Assembly (NCBI RefSeq): GCF_001194135.2
Contig: NC_068992.1
Location: 1,193,735-1,257,734 of the forward strand
Source: Octopus bimaculoides
Taxonomy: Eukaryota
Direction: 5' to 3'
Length of the DNA: 64,000 nt
This document shows, one piece after another, positions 42,474 through 55,493 of this stretch. Below the pieces are notes generated by a model. The model was not told the origin of the DNA and did not search any database. It saw only the letters and a program-made list of their open reading frames with translations. Positions within the stretch are counted from its first letter, which is position 1. Every line of letters begins with the position of its first letter. Both the position numbers and the translations under genes were made by a program.

Positions 42474-42779
42474 ATGCCATCGCGCTTCAGAACCAGTTAC
42501 TGCAATAGGCTGGGTTTCAGGTGTTCACAGCGTTTTTATATTCTCCCAAAGAGCTTGAGGAACCTGCATAAAGGGAATGTAGGCGTTTTCAAATCAAGAC
42601 TGGACTTCTTACTATCGAGAGTCCCAAATGAACCTACCTCACCGCAAGAGGTGCAAATGAGGGGTTTACATCAAACTACATTCTTCACCAAGTACCACAT
42701 ATTAGAGGAGGCTCTCAGTAAAAACAGTGTAGCAAAACGACGGTGCTCTAGCATGGCAACATCTCTAAGCTGAAACTAC
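42474..42779 (+). mobile_element. 3' end of a CR1/L2-group LINE, 5'-truncated, followed by (TA)n
   Basis: RTSYCNRLGFRCSQRFYILPKSLRNLHKGNVGVFKSRLDFLLSRVPNEPT resembles the CR1-group terminal RGP-LFN-LP..R..FK-RLD-FL..PDEP block. After a frameshift it reads SNYILHQVPHIRGGSQ* (stop 42719-42721), then a short 3' UTR. Confidence 0.8.
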
Positions 42780-42780
42780 G

Positions 42781-42822
<42 letters not shown>

Positions 42823-43866
42823 ATATTGAGCATAATATTCTTCGGCTAACTGGCATATTGTCGATAGAAACTTCGTAAGTCTTTCATCTACTATTCACTG
42901 ATGATGTTCAAATTAGTGGCCAAGTAGTCAACTAAACCAACTACCTACATATCCTTGTTTAAATTGTGATATTGTGTTCCAGCGAATAGTAGAAGAACAT
43001 AAAGGTTTACCAGTTGTTTTGCTATCATATTATTGTGTCATAGTCGCCAGTAGATGTGCTTTTCTCCTATGGTAATATATGAAGTATGATAACACTGGTA
43101 AATGCAAAACCCTTTATATTTTCAGGCGAACTGAAGATGTTTGAAAACGTGACGATTATGTCAAGGATTTCTATTTGCATAGGATTATGGAAATAGCGTT
43201 GATGTTGATAAGGAATATTTAAATTTCAGCCACAGCATATTATCAATAAAAAGACAATAAATTATTTCTAAACACCCTATAAAATGGCTAAACAAACTGA
43301 TATTTGTTAATTATTAACACAAATCTCTATGTAGCATAACGCTTCTCAACATATTATCCTGTAATTACGTGTTTAAAAATTTCATATATAAATTAATTGC
43401 TATGTCAAAAGAAATACTATAGAAATTGTTTTCTTAATTTATGGATTTAATTATGCATCTCATTACAATATCACATCTCATTCAATTTCAATACATTTTA
43501 ACATTCACACTTATACCCAATATTATTTGTACGTACCTTTGCTGTTATTTCTGTTAAACGTTTCAAGCTGAGCATAACACACTCACACACCGATGCATGC
43601 TGACATGTGTTTATATAAATAAACGGAGTTCTGTGATATTTATTGTATCGAACACACAACTGTCAATTACTTTATCGCTATAAACATTTATTGATAAATA
43701 TATGTGATTTAATGTAACAGCTTCTATTTACCGACATCAGTATTGTCAGCTCGAGCTGCTGCTGATCTGCTGATCTGCTGCTGATTTTGCTCATGTATAT
43801 ACTGCTGGTGCTCTTTCTATCGATGCTTCTGATGATGATATTGATGTATATCACGAGAGTGATTAA

Positions 43867-43867
<1 letters not shown>

Positions 43868-43932
<65 letters not shown>

Positions 43933-43954
43933 CATCATTAGTATTATTATTATC
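43868..43954. repeat. (ATT)n microsatellite
   Basis: Read directly. Confidence 0.95.
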
Positions 43955-44300
43955 GCCAAAGCAGGAGGTATGTTTTTCGGAATGCTATAAGTTTAGGAAT
44001 AATTCACTTGCTTAAAAAGTTCTATACTGCCATTAAAATTAATACGCTGTTACCTATAATCAAATTGCATGACCAGAAAAACTGAAACGACAACTTTATA
44101 TCGAAAGAGCTTTCTTAAACGAGGTCACAATTTACTTCGGTTATAAAGGGTTTCTCGATTCTTTAACATGTTATATCATGTCCTCTAACGCAACTTTTCT
44201 CTTCTTACACATATGCACACACGAAGGCACGCACGAACGCACGCACACACACACACACAACCATCAAGCACACTCACAGATATGTATGCATGCATGTATG

Positions 44301-44687
44301 TTGTTGTTGTTGGCACGCCGTCACTTACGACGTCGAGGGTTCCAGTTGATCCGATCAACGGAACAGCCTGCTCGTGAAATTCACGTGCAAGTGGCTAAGC
44401 ACTCCACAGACACTTGTACCATTAACGTAGTTCTCGGGGATATTCAGCGTGACACAGTGCGACAAAGTTGACCCTTTGAATTACAGGCACAACAGGAACA
44501 GGAAGTAAGAGTGAGAGAAAGTTGTGGGGAAAGAGTACAGCCGGGTTCGCCACCATCCCCTGCCGTAGCCTCGTGGAGTTTTAGGTGTTTTCGCTCAATA
44601 AACACTCACAACGCCCTGTCTGGGAATTGAAACCGTGATCCTATGACCGCGAGTCTGCTGCTCTAATCACTGGGCCATTGCGCCTCC
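44301..44687 (-). mobile_element. Full-length tRNA-derived SINE with (AAC)n tail and candidate 11-bp target-site duplication
   Basis: Minus-strand head ggaggcgcaatggcccagtgattagagcagcagactcgcggtcataggatcacggtttcaattccc has A- and B-box-like motifs; tail (caa)n at 44301-44311; atgcatgtatg at 44290-44300 and 44690-44700. Confidence 0.92.
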
Positions 44688-47600
44688 AAATGCATGTATG
44701 TATGTAAGCTGAAATATAAATACTTACTGTACAAACGACTTACATTTGTGAAATCACATTCACTTAAACATATTTCTAAATGATTAAAATATTCTTATTA
44801 ACAAAAGCGAAAATAGAAACATTTACTGTAAAAAACAATCCATATTTTTCGTTGGAAAGTTGGCCACTAAGATTTTTTGCCCATCATAATGTGTCTAATC
44901 GAATGGTTAGAGTTTCTTCCCTTTCAGGGTTAAGTTATTTTTGGAGTATTTTCCCATTATGCACCGTTTTGGGTATTTATAGCCCCAAAACACCCAATAT
45001 GTCAAGACACAGTTGTCCGATTTATGCGAAACTTGTTTTATTCCGTTTGTATTCACATTTCAGAAAGACCCTAATTCATAATATTCTCCCAATATGCGTC
45101 AGTTTGGTTGTGAAAAATTGCAAAGAAACAAGATTGAGGCTCATTTCTAATATGATATACATGCTAAAAATCCCAAATATATAATATTTAAAATAGATTT
45201 AGGTGTGACAGAAGACAATAAAATTTTAATCTTCCATTTTATCGCCAGCAATTACTATGTCTTAGCGTCTAGTCATTGGTTTACGTCGGAGGGGGAAATA
45301 TCGGGACGATAAATATTTGACGAATATTTATGGTATTGGTCAGCGAAAATTGGGCCCTGACATGATATATTTATTCCAATGTGATATCGACTATTGGACA
45401 AGTAGAGTGTTTTATGCATCCTGATAGTGTATTGTAATATATTTAAACTATGGCTGTTTGTGATATATAGTGCATGATATACATTCATAATTTATATGTG
45501 CAATGAAGTAGAGTTTGATTGAAAGTAGTTCTTTCTAAGTGTGTTGAAGTATATAGAGTTCATGAAATGATAAGTGCATAATTTATACTATGTTAGTGAT
45601 ATAGTGATGCCGTTTCATGAACTTCTATAACGATGGCGCCTGTTAATAATTAAATATATATTGATCGAATTGCTTTGTTTCATTATGTCTGTGAAGTAAT
45701 ACCTTATGAGAGAGCTTAGTCATTTTCTGAGGAAAAACACGCGTTCATACGTTGCCGATACTTCACCTGTAAACGCTGCTATAACAAGAATATTTTCGAG
45801 GTTTAACAAGAATATTTTCGATTTAGCAAAAATACTTTCGGTGTTTAAACAACTATCACAAATCTTCTCAGGAAAAGAGACCTAGTACTAAATAATTCAT
45901 TGTATATTGGTTTACTTAATGTATGAAGGGAAACCTAAATGCTACATGCTAAATGTACTAAATTCAATGAATAGCACAGACATCTTTTGATAAATTTTAC
46001 GTACGATAGATTGTATATCAAAAAATCTCGCATTAACCTGACATATCCGTCCATAGATAAATATGTAGCACCGCAAATCATATTTTATTCAAAGATTTTT
46101 CAAGTTCAAATATACTTTTAAATAACCTCTAGATTTTTCTTTGCAGTGATTAGGAATTTATCATTCGAAGAGGTCATCTTCCATTTCTTCTTAATGCTCT
46201 CATTTTGTATTTTACAAGGTAACACTTTTATTACCAAGAGCAAAAATATGAAGAGTTAAATAGTGTAGACTTTCTGAACTTTTATCAATTCAGGCGTGCT
46301 TATCCACAAAAATCTTTGAGTACAAATCGTAAAATTTACAGTGAAACATTTTCATGAATAATTTGGAATTGTAGATCTTGAATTACACTCTGAGTTTTTG
46401 AAATGTAAAACAAATGATTAGGTAAGTGGACATAAGTTAATTAAGTGCTCAATAGACACGCTTTTAATATGTTACTGATTACATCTTTTGTCGATGTTGA
46501 ATGCATAAAACAAATAGACATCTTTTTTCAGAAAGACTCAATTTTATACTTATATCATAAAACGCTGTAACTAAAAACCTAAAGAAAGCGGCATGTTTAA
46601 TTCTATTTTATCGAAGATACTCTTTGAATATAATATTAAATATTTTCCTCTAGAATTGATACCAAATAACACATAGAATCAAATACTTAGCATTCAATGA
46701 AAACCTTTTCAAAGTCACCAAAGTATTTGAAACAGAGGCCAATAGGGTCCTATTAAAATGTGTGTTGTATAGAAAGAAATCATTCTTGATAGAGTCCACT
46801 ATTGGACTAGAAATCATTCTGCACACAGGAAAATGAAAAATAACGATAATGAGAATCTGGGTTCCTTATGATAATGGGGTGTAGCAAACTACCACTGATC
46901 CTTTTGTTAAGCGCTCTGGCTATTCTTCTACACACTACCCTATCACAGCCTATTATAGCATAATATAAAATACTACATACATATTGACATAAAAAAAACA
47001 CTGTTATAAAATAATATATTCGAGTAAACATACACGGCAATAGTTCTCTAAAAATATAGAATATTTATATATAACAATTACTTTAAAAAATTCACCATCA
47101 AAGATGTATTACATAATATGTAAATAAATACCTGTATGTATCCATATATATGAAAACATGCTTGTTTCCAAGCTTGTATATGTATGTGTCTATCTCTGTA
47201 GGTTAGCGAGAATGTATCTAAATGTATTCTTTATTTTATTCACAGCGGAAGACGCTTCAGAAATCTATGGGGCGTGACACCACAATTAAAGGATATAAAC
47301 TTAATGAAGCGTTATTGAAAGCGGTGAAGATTATCTAATGTACTACAATATAATATATTTTTCTTTTAATAACCTTCTAAATATTTACAAAGACCTAATC
47401 TCTGTATATTAATAATTGAATCATTTATATTTATTGCTTTCATTAAAATCGACAAATGACGTCACCTAGATTGTGAAGGAAAGAATGCGAATCAATCGCG
47501 AATGTATTGGAAATTAAATATGCTTCAGAACAAAGAAAAGAACATGTATTCTTGTTTAAGGTTATAATGAGCGAGAATAGAGATGGTAGCCTGTGGGGTT

Positions 47601-48116
47601 TTCGACTTACATCATGAATTAATTGTGAAAATTGTATTTTGAAATATTTCAGCTCAATAAATATCCCTAAATCCATTATATTTTAATTGAATTAAATGCA
47701 CCGAATTCACTTTAGCCAGTACGCATACACGCTCACATATGTATAGCACTTGCACCATACACACACATACATGCACACGCGCAAACACACAGTCACACAC
47801 GCACGCACATTTGTTTACGGAAAAAGACTGACGGATAGATTGAGAGATAGAGAGACAAAAAGGTAGCTAGAGAGGTAATTATAGTAATACAGCAATTTGA
47901 ATCGCTTTTAGAACAAAAGAGTAATTAATATTAAAAAAAAAACTCGAATCTCATTCTGCACGAGTCAGAGTTCGAGGTTTCTCCTCGCATTCGCAATCCG
48001 ATGAAGACCGGAAATGATAAAAAAAATCTTTGATCAATCAGATGTGCTCTCTGTACATGTTTTATATGCTACACACATACAAATGTACACATACATACGC
48101 ACATGCATACGCGCAT

Positions 48117-48170
<54 letters not shown>

Positions 48171-48244
48171 NNNNNNNNNNNNNNNNNNNNNNNNNNNNNN
48201 NNNNNNNNNNNNNNNNNNNNNNNNNNNNNNNNNNNNNNNNNNNN
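48171..48244. other. Assembly gap within (CA)n
   Basis: N run. Confidence 0.99.
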
Positions 48245-48287
<43 letters not shown>

Positions 48288-48291
48288 TAAT

Positions 48292-48490
48292 CTTTTATTC
48301 TTTTACTTGTTTTAGTTATATGACTGCGGCTATGCCGGAGCACCCGCTTTCGTCGAACAAATCGATCCAACGACTTATTCTTTATAAGCCTAAACACTTA
48401 TTCTATCGTAATTTTTTGCCGCACCGCTAGGTTACGTAAATAAACCAACATCTGTTGTCAAGCGATGGATGGTGCACAGAAACAGACACA
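48292..48490 (-). mobile_element. 3' half of the SINE family at 8089-8500, diverged
   Basis: ttttacttgttttagttatatgactgcggctatgccggagcacc..acttattctttataagccta..gttgtcaagcgatg is collinear with 8095-8280. Confidence 0.88.
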
Positions 48491-48618
48491 TCAACTGCTA
48501 CACACAAAACATGCACACACACACACTCACATACACGCACGTGTTAAACTCACTCACCCCTTCACACACACATACATGTTTGTCTCACTCGTCTCGATTC
48601 ACACATACACACTCACAC

Positions 48619-48915
48619 ATACCATTCCCTCCGTTCGCTGGGATCACCATTGCCTTTACCGTTAATATTATCTCCTTTTCATTAAACCCCTTTCTTCCAG
48701 TCACATCGCTATGTTGGACCGTTGAACTGCACATTTTTTTCTTTATCCATTTTTCTCATTCTCTCTCCATTTTTCTCCTCTTAATCATCTCTGTCGATGA
48801 GTGTATGTTCGAAACGTAAAAGACTCTTCCATTTTCTCGAGCGTTAAACTAATACGCCTACTTGTTGGTCCTACACTTTTCTTCGTGTTTAGTTTTCTGT
48901 AAATTTGAACTATAT
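48619..48915 (+). mobile_element. Penelope-like 3' terminal fragment with a hammerhead-like motif
   Basis: Pyrimidine-rich run, then gtcgatgagtgtatgttcgaaacgtaaaagac (48793-48824) and gagcgttaaactaatac..gtaaatttgaac before (TA)n. Flanked by an identical 29-bp direct repeat (48590-48618 and 48995-49023). Confidence 0.55.
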
Positions 48916-51900
48916 ATATATGTATACATATCCACACACCGAAATACTTCAGCCTCCAACAGACCTCAAATGAGTTTTATAGTGGTATTTTGGTCGTCTC
49001 GATTCACACATACACACTCACACTCACCTTGACATTCTCGATTGGAAACGTTCTAACCACCCGATTAGCATAAAATCACTGAAATGTATCTTCTAGGCTT
49101 TGCGGGTGATATCTCTTCTCTGAGTTTTGTTCTTCACTCAATCATTCTCATGTTACCTCTTCTCTGCTCCACTCATCGTTATTCTGTATTCCACTCAAAA
49201 TTACCCACTAAACACTACTCGCAATACTTTCTTGTAGGAATGTCACTTGACTGAGGTCTCACTCCCGCTTCTGTTTGTTTTATGAAGGGAAACTAATCTG
49301 AGAGTGACACAATATATGAGCCTATGCAGAGCTCGATTATTTATTGTAATCACCTTTGACTATCAAATATTTAATTCATTATTATCATTAATATAACTTT
49401 ATTATTTTAACACATTTCATTCTAATAATTAAATTTTTCATGCTAGAGAATTCATCAAAGGATGGTATATTCAATGATTATTTATTAGATATTTATATAT
49501 TCCAATATATTCAATTGTTTAACATATTAACATGTGAGAAAACAAAATGAAGGATCTGATAATGCAACACTTCATACCTCAGCATCTAAAAGTTGTTTAC
49601 AGACAACGTATTGTTTAAACAAGAAATTTTAAAGGAAAGTTACAGTGTAAACTGACATGACTTATGATGTCACAGAAAAGATATATCTTCATTGAAATGA
49701 AATGTCAGGTGGAGAAATATGGTATTTCGTCTGTATATTCATCGACACCGGTTTGTTTAAAAATCTTTCAGAACCAAAGCACGAGTGTACTAGAAAATAC
49801 TGATATGTATAAATCATAGTAGATGTAGTAATTATATCATTCCTTGCCAGGAACCACATCAAACTGTTAAGGCATCAAAGAAACAAAAATAACGAACATA
49901 TAAATTGGCGACTGTAGAGATGTTTGATATGAAAACTGAAAGAAAAACTAAGGAAACTATACAAAGCTGTAATGATTTTTTAGAGCCGTCTATGTCCTAC
50001 ATCAATTTATGCCATTAACGTGATGATGCCAACATTATATTTGATAGATCAGTGACTGTGTAACCGTTTAATTGTGTAGTAATATCAGTTTGAGGGAACG
50101 AAATGAGGGAGAAACTAAGAAGACCGCAATGATAAGTATGATAAAGATGATAGAGAGATAGTGGTAGAGACTAGTATTAGGTTTATAGCATGCAGTGTTG
50201 ATGAAACCAAGAATTGATAATTATTTTCTTTAGAATTAGTGAATGATTCTATACGATAAAACATTTCTCCCACTGTTACAGTAGCTGACGTTTTATGATT
50301 GCAAAGAAGTTATCGACTTCGTCGGTTGTGATCAGCCCATAAATTATTTGTTGAGAGTCGAACTGGTTTATAAAACAGTTGATAATCAGCTAGTTTATAA
50401 AGCCGTCATATTATATTGTCTACGTATCTTTGTGCAAACAATTTTATACAGAGAAACAAAACGCTCACACACTAGCATCATTCATGTTCTCTATCGTCTA
50501 GTGTGCATGGTTCAAAGGTCATTCGCGTATCTGATGAGATTTAGTAGATATATCTACAACTTTAATAAACATTCATATGCTTATAGAGCAGTGGCCAAAT
50601 TAGGGTTATAAAGAACACGCATCTTACACCTCGAACCAAACAAGAATCATAACTGAAAATATGTCCCGGAAAAATTAGATTTTTCTCGTAATATTTATAG
50701 ACGAATGTAGGTCAAACAAATCCTGGCTCAAGATAGGAAAATATTTCTTTCGTAACCATAGATAAAGAAACAAATAGTTGTATGGAGATAGCCAAGCGGA
50801 AAGACCACTCGAGCAAGGAAAACGAGCAATCTTGATACATGTTCACTAGGTTTGGAATGCGTGGTTAATTCAGTAATCTATGAAGAGGAAATGGGCTCAA
50901 CAAAATTAAAAGGAATGAAAGTAAAAAAATATATATTGTGCTGCATGAAAATGATGCGATATTCATTCTATGATCACCTTCGAATGATCTGAGATACGGC
51001 ACGATAAAACATCTATGTGTCACTGTCTCACGTTTTTATATACACTAAAAAAACAAGTGCTGCCACAAAATTTCTGGAAGTACTACACACAGTTTGATTG
51101 TGTAAAATTTGAATTTCGAATAATTACTCTTTCGGAGAATTTTGCTGAGAATATTAAAATGTATTGCAAACCTCCTGCGTTGTTAATTTTTCTTCTTTGT
51201 TTTATTGTTAAGCTACGGGTAGCGTACATTACAGTGTAATAATTTTTGATTCGAAAACTAACTTCGGAACTTATCTGGTTTCCAAAACTCAATTTAGATT
51301 TCAATTTTGCGCTGATGATATCTGTTCAATTTGAAGAACGTCTATGCAAATTGCATCATTATTGAATTAATAGAAATATATTATCCACGTCATTGATTGC
51401 CAGCATTCCAATTAGAGAAAATATTGCTCAGAAATTATAATACAATAAAACATCAGACTGAAATACGACTACGCATAGAGATTCTTACTAACACGGAACA
51501 TATTAGCAATTAACGTTACTCTCAAACGTCTCTGATGCTTTTCTCCTCGATAATTCTGTATCATAAGGGTAAAGACGAAACCTTATTGCAAATTTCAAAC
51601 CGGAGTTACCAAAAGCTATAACTGAACACCGGCCTGGCAATGTTAGTATAATATATCGCATAGAGACTGTAAAGTACCTTATTGACAGATGAAAGAAGCC
51701 GTTCCTTGGCGATCCATTAACCACTTCTCGATCTTGGGGATTTCTCAATTCGATCGCACCTGCTCCCAAGATACGTTATTTGACTTCGGAATATTATCAC
51801 CTTTAGTTTTGAAGGCAACTCCATCTTACTTTCAATTACTAAGTAACCTAACATATTGCTTGTGTGTATGTACGTGCATTATCCAGAAGACATCTACGGG

Positions 51901-53366
51901 AAAGGGTTTTGCATTTCTTCATTACTTTGTTTCTGTTATTTTAACTTTTACTTAACGTTCCTACCTACACATCGACGCACTCATAAGTATGCGCGCACGC
52001 GTGTGTGCGTGTTTACCTATGGCAATGTGTATGTGCGTGTATTTTCATGACAGCACCAATGTAAACGTGTGAGTGTCATAAGCATACATGGATTTCTTAC
52101 TGCAGGATCAAAAAACCGTGTGAGAGGGTGCGTGCTATATTGTCAGATCATGCAACCTGATAACACTCCTTCCATCTACGGAAAGAAAACATTGCCTTTA
52201 GATCGTAAATTACAAGTTAATGCAACATTTTAAAAACAATATTCCACTAAAATGTAAAAGAAAAGAAACTGACGCCATGAGAGTTAATTAATTTGTGGCA
52301 CCATCTTTTGAGGAACGTAAAAGTAATTGATACTTCGTTTTTAATTATTTTTAATTATTTATAGCCAAAACAAAATAAGTAAAATTATAAAAATAATTAT
52401 GTTGTTAAAGATGTGAAAAAGCTTACGTCACATAACACTAATTCAATAGAGTTAAAGATGATTGGTATTCAGAAATCAAATTTCAACATCAATAATCAGG
52501 GATTTGAAAATGAGCAAATTAATTGTAGTCCAAAAATCGTCGCCCCACAGGGTAACAATTTTGAACATAGTTTCTATTGAGTTTGCTCTTTTCAATTGAT
52601 TTAAACTAAAATTTGCATGCTGATTTCAAAACTACAGTCAGTTTTCTTCTGTCACGTGTAGGTTTATTTTTTCTTTTCTACAGCTTACTTTCTGAATCAG
52701 CAGAATTTTATTGTTTATCCCTAAGTATTACTGTTAGCTGCTTTTATTATTCAAATAATAATATTACGGAAATAATTTAAATAATAACATTTCCAAACAT
52801 ATTTTAGTTGTCTTGTTTTGTTTTGTTTTTATAATTAGTCCTACCTAATTTGGTGGTGCTGGATTCGTAAATGCTTCAGGAATATTCTATCGTGGAAAGT
52901 TTTTGGCTAAAACAGTAATTCATTTTTTACTAAAAGTTTTCGAATTTGTCATTAAATGCAATACTGAAATAGGAAACTAACACAAACCAAATGATACTTT
53001 TAGTAGAAACATTACATAAAGCAGTGTGGGCATCTACAGACACATTTCACAAATATGACACAGGTATAATGCCAAGGATCACAGACGTGTGTTGCTTATA
53101 CATATATAATTGTATAAAGGAGATTTCTATCACCATCACGCCATGTTGATCTGTTTAGATTGAATATAATGGAAGTTGCTCGGGTTTCGTGGTTCTCATT
53201 TACTGAAGATACTGAAATCATGACTGTTTTCACATTTGTAGTTAGATTTACTTTCAATGATATTCAAAACTTATGTTTGAAAATGTGTCAAGCTCCTAAC
53301 ATGCGTTTACATTGGATGAAACTACGTCTGTGCTTTAAAAATTTTGACAGTACCGGAAATATTTTA

Positions 53367-54340
53367 AAAAGGACATTTGAGTTTGTGAAAAATCTGGACG
53401 TAATAGAGCAACATAAATTTAGTTTAATGAAATAAGTAGAAAGAAATTACTAAGACAAATGTCTCCAGCCCAGACTCCAAAATTCAAGTTCCTCGGTATT
53501 ACTAAGGAGAAGAAAGGTACTTAATGAACGGATAGAAAATACAGGAAATGTGTCTATTTCTATTAGGGTGAATAACGATAGAGAATAACCGTCATTAAAA
53601 ATATGAATTAGTGATAAACTCCAAAAAGTGTCACAGTGAGTCCTGTTTATATGGAGATTGAGAATACTTAGAACAACAGGTTACTGGTTGTCCATCACTT
53701 TAGGTATGAAAAATATGTTTGAAAATTTACTGAACAGTAGAGATTTGCACATCATAAACTTGGGCAGATAACGAATTCCAAACTTTCCTGGAGATTCTAG
53801 ACGTAGCAATTGCACCACAGGTTTTAATGCTATAAGATTTTAATGCTGTATAGAAGGATGATCTGAAAACGAAATTGCAGATGAGCACAAGTAAAGATTG
53901 ACGCTACTTGTTAGCATGGAATCTAAGCTGAACCCAATGTTAATATATCTCTCTGAAAATCCTAGAAATTTCAAAGGGTTGCCTAAGGCAATGCTAATGT
54001 TACTAAAGCTCTGATTATTGTATCTATTGAAGTATATTATGCCTGGAGTAATTTATCGTTTTACGTAGTGATAGTATAGAGTTCGAGAAAGTATTACGAT
54101 AAATGATTGTGGGATTTGTGCTCATCCACATACCGGCAGTGCATTTTAGCCAATAGATCAATCCGCAATAACAATTATTTATTACACACGGGAATTTGTC
54201 TCACAGTTTATAAAATAAACAGATAATAAAGATTAGATCACCTGATATAGTTCTGGAAAGATCATATATCTACAAGGCTGTCAATAATATTCAAGCCTCA
54301 AGAGTTCCGATAAAGTAACAAGCATGAATTTTTATTGAAG
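53367..54340 (+). pseudogene. pogo/Tigger-family DNA transposase pseudogene (HTH plus DDE_1)
   Basis: Ordered, frameshifted motifs: KRTFEFVKNLDVIEQH (HTH psq-like, from 53367); FENLLNSRDLH (cf. GWF..FK.R..LH); RLTLLV..KLNPMLIYLSENPRNFKG (from 53895; cf. Tigger RLTLLL..KLKPMLIYHSENPR); HPHTGSAF*PIDQSAI (54123-54170; cf. PPNTTS..QPMDQGVI); FWKDH..KAVNNIQ (from 54251). TIRs not identified. Confidence 0.78.
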
Positions 54341-55385
54341 AATAATGCCTTCGTATAAACAAAATGACCGCACCTCTGAATTAAATTGATTTATTACTCA
54401 CATCTTATTTACAGATTCTAAAAACACAACTTTTATGGATATGCTAGAGGAATGCGATTATCATAAGCTGAGCCCTATCAAAAGTTTAGAAACAGCATGC
54501 CGCTTTCCTCATATCGTTAGCAGTCCTGTTATAGGGTGAATGAGATGTAGAAAGAAGTTCTCAGGTCGGTGCGGTTTTAGATAATTATAAAACATGTTAC
54601 AGATGTCTATATCTTGAGTTTGTTCAGTAAACATGATATATTTTAAATAAGCTATAAAATTGCTACATAATATGTCCAAATATATAACTATATCGGTAAG
54701 TAAAGAATACAAATCACTATCCGATCTTGTGCACACGATATCTCATTGCTCATGTAAATTTACCTTTAGCGAACATTCCAATTGGTCTGTAGAAGACTTA
54801 AAATTTGTTGGTAGGTACTTATCATTACATTTGGGAAAAACCAATACCTAATAGCCTAAAATATGTAATTGCATAATTCAAAACTCGCTAATTCAAATTC
54901 CCTTCGAAAATAAATGACTGCCGGTACTTGTGTAGTTGTGTGTGTGAAGCACGTTTATTTACAATTAGTTTTGTAGCCAGCAGTTTCATTCTGGGCATAT
55001 TTATGCACTTGTATGCGTATATATTTGTATGTGAATACTGCTCTTGAAAACCTGGTCAGTTCGGTCGCTCTCTTAGTAAAGATATATTCGTTGCATTCTA
55101 AATTTAGCAATGACTTTACTTCACTTTCCTCAAGAAGTATAATCCGTTTGCCTAAAACCTTCCGTTCTACATTATAATTTCCATCAATTCCCAGCAGAAC
55201 TGCTCCAACTTGCATGCTCAAATACTCATTAGCTCATATATACTGTTATCCCCTGAGTTCAAACTATCGTGTATTATGAATGAAGATTTCTCGTTGTTCA
55301 CGCCAAAAAGATTAATTTCAAAATAACAAATGGGCGAGGGGGCGTGAAAATTGAGACAAATTTCTGTTTATTGAAATTTGAAACA

Positions 55386-55493
55386 AATTTATCGACCTCG
55401 AAAGGATGAAAGCAAAGTCGATCTCGGCGGAATTTGAACTCATAACGTAAAGACTGATGAATTTCTGCTAAGCATTTCGCCCGGCGTGCTAAC
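55386..55493 (-). mobile_element. Partial SINE copy directly abutting the next copy
   Basis: aatttatcgacctcgaaaggatgaaagcaaagtcgatctcggcggaatttgaactc..gctaagcatttcgcccggcgtgctaac parallels 55602-55710. Confidence 0.88.

Noticed and set aside
44611-44687. tRNA-like sequences here and at about 3.5, 8.45, 35.9 and 55.7 kb
   Set aside because: They continue into SINE bodies and lack a complete cloverleaf; not tRNA genes.
45780-45845. Short ~22-bp tandem units here, and a similar 26-bp duplication at about 58137-58193
   Set aside because: Only 2-3 adjacent copies with no unique spacers; local slippage, not CRISPR-like.
47246-47340. Strong plus-strand acceptor (tttattttattcacag)
   Set aside because: All frames stop within about 30 codons, with no good donor and no homology recognised.
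49028-49078. 51-nt minus-strand exon candidate (DFMLIGWLERFQSRMS) with a GTGAGT donor
   Set aside because: The donor is supplied by the adjacent CA-rich direct repeat, so it is probably fortuitous.
52260-52660. Scattered short inverted matches suggesting an old foldback DNA element
   Set aside because: Too degenerate to define ends or a family.
54955-55221. Protein-like minus-strand ORF (VGAVLLGIDGNY..)
   Set aside because: No recognisable motif or splice context; stop directly upstream.
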